Positions 61,752 through 64,000 of a DNA stretch of 64,000 nucleotides are shown piece after piece; the first letter of the stretch is position 1, and each line of letters starts with the position of its first letter. The notes below the pieces were generated by a model that worked only from the letters and a program-made list of their open reading frames with translations, searched no databases and had not been told where the DNA came from. Origin of the DNA: an uncultured Saprospiraceae bacterium (GTDB taxonomy: Bacteria; Bacteroidota; Bacteroidia; Chitinophagales; Saprospiraceae). The DNA lies in contig CAYLSF010000001.1 of assembly GCA_964385675.1 (NCBI GenBank), positions 53,651 to 117,650 of the forward strand, in the 5' to 3' direction. Position numbers and translations under genes: made by a program.

Positions 61752-63197
61752 TTAGTTTCTCATATTGTTACGAATTTGATCAAGAGTAATTTTATTAACA
61801 ATAACACCATTCTTAAATACTGTTTTAAGCTCGCCTTGCTGCTCTTCCTCTTGGGATACTTGATCTTTTAGGGTGAGCTGGCCATTTACTCTTTCTACCT
61901 TTAACAGGCCTTTTGCTGATTTTTTAGTGCCGTCATCAGTTATAGGGTCCTTATAAACATTATAACCACAGTTTTCATGTTCTACATAAGTACATTTAAC
62001 TGCCCATCCAAATTCATCACGAGTCTTACAATGGTTCCAACTGCCTAATCCTAAAAATACATTAGGATAAAATCCTTTATCAATAAGTCCGTTAAGGATT
62101 CTGTCACATCGATCTAAAGAAATAGCCTCACCATAAACTGCTCCTACTTTAGGATTCAGTCTCTTAAAACCATTTTCATCAATCTCGCCTCCAAAGGTAT
62201 CCCATAACAGCTCTATCGTACCTTTATATTCTGGGCTATTTGGATCTGCATCAGGATCTCCTACTATAATTTTTACAGGGTCTCCACTGTCTCCCCTAAT
62301 AGCACAAGATACTAAGCCATTTTCGTCAGGCGTTCTATTTAAAATTTCATTTTTTAGCTTTGGCATGTACTCTGTAAGAACTCGCCAGTAATCATAAGTA
62401 TCACTGACCAAAGCAAGCAATCCACTTGGAAATGCTTCTGTAACAAGATATTTATAATAGTCAAACTCTGATCCTAAAATCTTAGTACCTGTACTCATAC
62501 AGGCATGTTCACTAGCAAATATCTTGTTTGTAGGGAATGATGCATTATAGTATTTATCAATAGCATAAAATGCGGGCACAGTATCAGATGCATCAAAATT
62601 AACAAAGTGTGCCATTCCAGCAACCATAGATGACTCTGAAGAATTGAGCCCTCTGCAACTAAAATCGTGAAATTGTATGTTTATAAATCCATTGTCACCG
62701 CCTACTCTATCCCATGCTTTTTCTGCAACTTTCCTATATTGATTTAGCGTTGTAGCAGAAGTACTTGGCAACCAAAGTACACAAGACATTAAAGTTTCTA
62801 TATAATTTGTAAGCCAATAAAAATCTTCGTGTGTATTGGTGATTGTTAAAACTGGCACTCTCAATGGGACTTTAGTTCCTTCCGGCAGAGCCTTAATTTC
62901 TATCGGAAGAAAACCAAGTTCATGAAGCTGCCTAATCTTATCTGTGTCAAAAGCAGTATACTTTTCAAATTCTTCTACAACTTCTTCTATATCCCTATCA
63001 AAAAACCCCTTTTGCATTCTTGTAGTAAGATATTCTTGCAAAAAATATTGCAATCCAAAGAATACAATTTCTTTAATTTCTGCGTCTCTTGATGCTCGCG
63101 GAGTCAAATTGCTATAAATCTTTGTAGTCCCAGGAACTAAAAAGTAATCGTGAAAAGTTTTGTAGCTATCAACAGTAAGCAAAGGGTTTTCAATCAT
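61752..63197 (-). CDS. Nicotinamide phosphoribosyltransferase (Nampt/NadV)-family enzyme; candidate Namat-like
   Basis: 481 aa. N-terminal NPLLTVDSYK, IRGDSGDP and GLGSW motifs are typical of the Nampt family. Confidence 0.8.
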   Translation of the reverse strand: MIENPLLTVDSYKTFHDYFLVPGTTKIYSNLTPRASRDAEIKEIVFFGLQYFLQEYLTTRMQKGFFDRDIEEVVEEFEKYTAFDTDKIRQLHELGFLPIEIKALPEGTKVPLRVPVLTITNTHEDFYWLTNYIETLMSCVLWLPSTSATTLNQYRKVAEKAWDRVGGDNGFINIQFHDFSCRGLNSSESSMVAGMAHFVNFDASDTVPAFYAIDKYYNASFPTNKIFASEHACMSTGTKILGSEFDYYKYLVTEAFPSGLLALVSDTYDYWRVLTEYMPKLKNEILNRTPDENGLVSCAIRGDSGDPVKIIVGDPDADPNSPEYKGTIELLWDTFGGEIDENGFKRLNPKVGAVYGEAISLDRCDRILNGLIDKGFYPNVFLGLGSWNHCKTRDEFGWAVKCTYVEHENCGYNVYKDPITDDGTKKSAKGLLKVERVNGQLTLKDQVSQEEEQQGELKTVFKNGVIVNKITLDQIRNNMRN

Positions 63198-63208
63198 TTT
63201 ATCTTTCT

Positions 63209-63490
63209 TTAGTTTGAGCGGATTGTATTTAAAAGTGTTTGTAATGAAACTTCTTTATAGTAAGTACATGGGTCTTTAGCGCCTACATATATTTCTGTGC
63301 GATTAAGTATAATGAATCTATTTTTAAAGCATATTAAGACTTTATCTGGTTTATTTTTAAATGTTTTTATTAGCCTACAAGGACCCTTTTTATCCCAATC
63401 ATTAGTTTCAAGCTTTTTTTCTATTTCTTTATTTACTAAGTAAAAAGATAGGCTGTTGTCTATTTTGTAAGCAAGTTGACACGACTTCAT
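63209..63490 (-). CDS. Hypothetical protein
   Basis: 93-aa ORF. Confidence 0.5.
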   Translation of the reverse strand: MKSCQLAYKIDNSLSFYLVNKEIEKKLETNDWDKKGPCRLIKTFKNKPDKVLICFKNRFIILNRTEIYVGAKDPCTYYKEVSLQTLLNTIRSN

Positions 63491-63783
63491 TTTGTTTTGA
63501 GTTCTGCTAAAAAGTCTTCAACGGATATTGCTATCTGTCCGATGGGGGGTACTCTCGATAAGTAAAAATTTCTATCTAGAATATTATTCTGTGGCTCAAC
63601 ATAAGATATTTGAAGATAATATTTTTCAGACTCGGACAAATTAGCACGCTCAAAAGCTAATCTTATTTTTTTTAAAACCTCCCTGGGATCTTCTTTTGCT
63701 CGAAGGGCTTTTGAGGCCTTAAGAACTATTAGTTCTGCTTTCATCTTTCCTAGTATAGGCCCTATTACTTTATAGCTTATCAT
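63487..63783 (-). CDS. Hypothetical protein
   Basis: 98-aa ORF with a 4-nt overlap to the next gene. Confidence 0.5.
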   Translation of the reverse strand: MISYKVIGPILGKMKAELIVLKASKALRAKEDPREVLKKIRLAFERANLSESEKYYLQISYVEPQNNILDRNFYLSRVPPIGQIAISVEDFLAELKTK

Positions 63784-63814
63784 TATTGATATTTTGTCTT
63801 AATAAAGATTCTAT

Positions 63815-64000
63815 TTATTCTTTAGAGCTTTTCTTATTTGTATAAATGTCAAGAATATTGGCTCCTATGTATGTTTCGATATACATGATTATGATGCCAA
63901 GAGACATTCCGAAAATGTTAGTGATTGTATTTGCTTCGGCTAACAAGGCGCCAATCCAAAACATTCCCCCTAAAAATAAAATTAGCGCTGCTAACAGCAG
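63815..64000 (-). CDS. Membrane protein, C-terminal part only (gene starts beyond the right edge)
   Basis: Absent from the track. The frame is open from 64000 to TAA at 63815..63817. Translation ..LLLAALILFLGGMFWIGALLAEANTITNIFGMSLGIIIMYIETYIGANILDIYTNKKSSKE. Confidence 0.45.
   Translation of the reverse strand: MLLAALILFLGGMFWIGALLAEANTITNIFGMSLGIIIMYIETYIGANILDIYTNKKSSKE

Noticed and set aside
1-64000. CRISPR arrays, integrase/transposase/IS elements, attachment sites and rRNA genes.
   Set aside because: Reading the intergenic regions showed no regularly spaced direct repeats. No ORF carries recombinase or transposase motifs. The only mobile elements seen are inteins and free-standing homing-type nucleases.
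1-64000. Eukaryotic giant-virus (NCLDV) origin, suggested by the inteins, the glycosyltransferase cluster and the AT-richness.
   Set aside because: The replisome is bacterial in type (DnaE, DnaB, DnaG-like primase, RecA-family, RuvB). Shine-Dalgarno sequences and rho-independent terminators are present. The rIIA, PhoH and ThyX set, together with overlapping translationally coupled genes, points to a bacteriophage.

Overview
The window reads as a 64-kb segment of a large, AT-rich, tailed dsDNA bacteriophage genome. GC is roughly one third by eye; I did not compute it. Every confident gene but one lies on the minus strand, and genes are tightly packed with many 4-20 nt start/stop overlaps. I ran no searches, so all domain calls rest on motifs I can read in the translations.

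Gene content from left to right:
- **Replication and recombination (1-8 kb):** DnaE-type polymerase N-terminus, Cas4/RecB-like nuclease, dNMP-kinase-like protein, DnaG-type primase, DnaB-type helicase and a RecA-family recombinase.
- **Nucleotide metabolism (9-27 kb):** PhoH, dUTPase, HD hydrolase, class II RNR, dCMP deaminase and ThyX. This block is interrupted by three LAGLIDADG inteins, in PhoH, in NrdJ and in a papain-like peptidase.
- **Envelope and putative structural genes (19-26 kb):** secreted and membrane proteins, then two tandem Ser/Thr/Gly-rich paralogs.
- **Accessory genes (27-35 kb):** GT4 glycosyltransferase, DUF2493/SLOG protein, LpxH-like phosphoesterase, GMP-reductase-like protein and a macro-domain protein.
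- **Hyperplastic patch (35-37.5 kb):** small ORFs, two cloverleaf tRNA(-like) genes, a Panacea/DUF4065 antitoxin-like gene and an interrupted ORF.
- **Glycosylation operon (37.7-47.7 kb):** about 10 kb with no intergenic gaps.
- **RNA-repair cassette (48.4-53 kb):** Pnkp, Hen1 and a nucleotidyltransferase.
- **MoxR/VWA pair, rIIA-like GHKL ATPase, a second deaminase and RuvB (53-59 kb).**
- **Nampt-like plus Prs-like pair (60.9-63.2 kb).**

The best candidates for an unusual biological system are these:
1. The Prs-like/Nampt-like pair, a possible NARP1-type NAD+ reconstitution module, together with the macro-domain and SLOG genes.
2. The phage-borne Pnkp/Hen1/NTase RNA-repair cassette.
3. The promoter, tRNA-like cloverleaf, interrupted ORF and Panacea gene locus.
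4. The intein sitting at the catalytic Cys of a papain-like peptidase.
5. The large glycosylation operon next to Ser/Thr-rich putative virion proteins.
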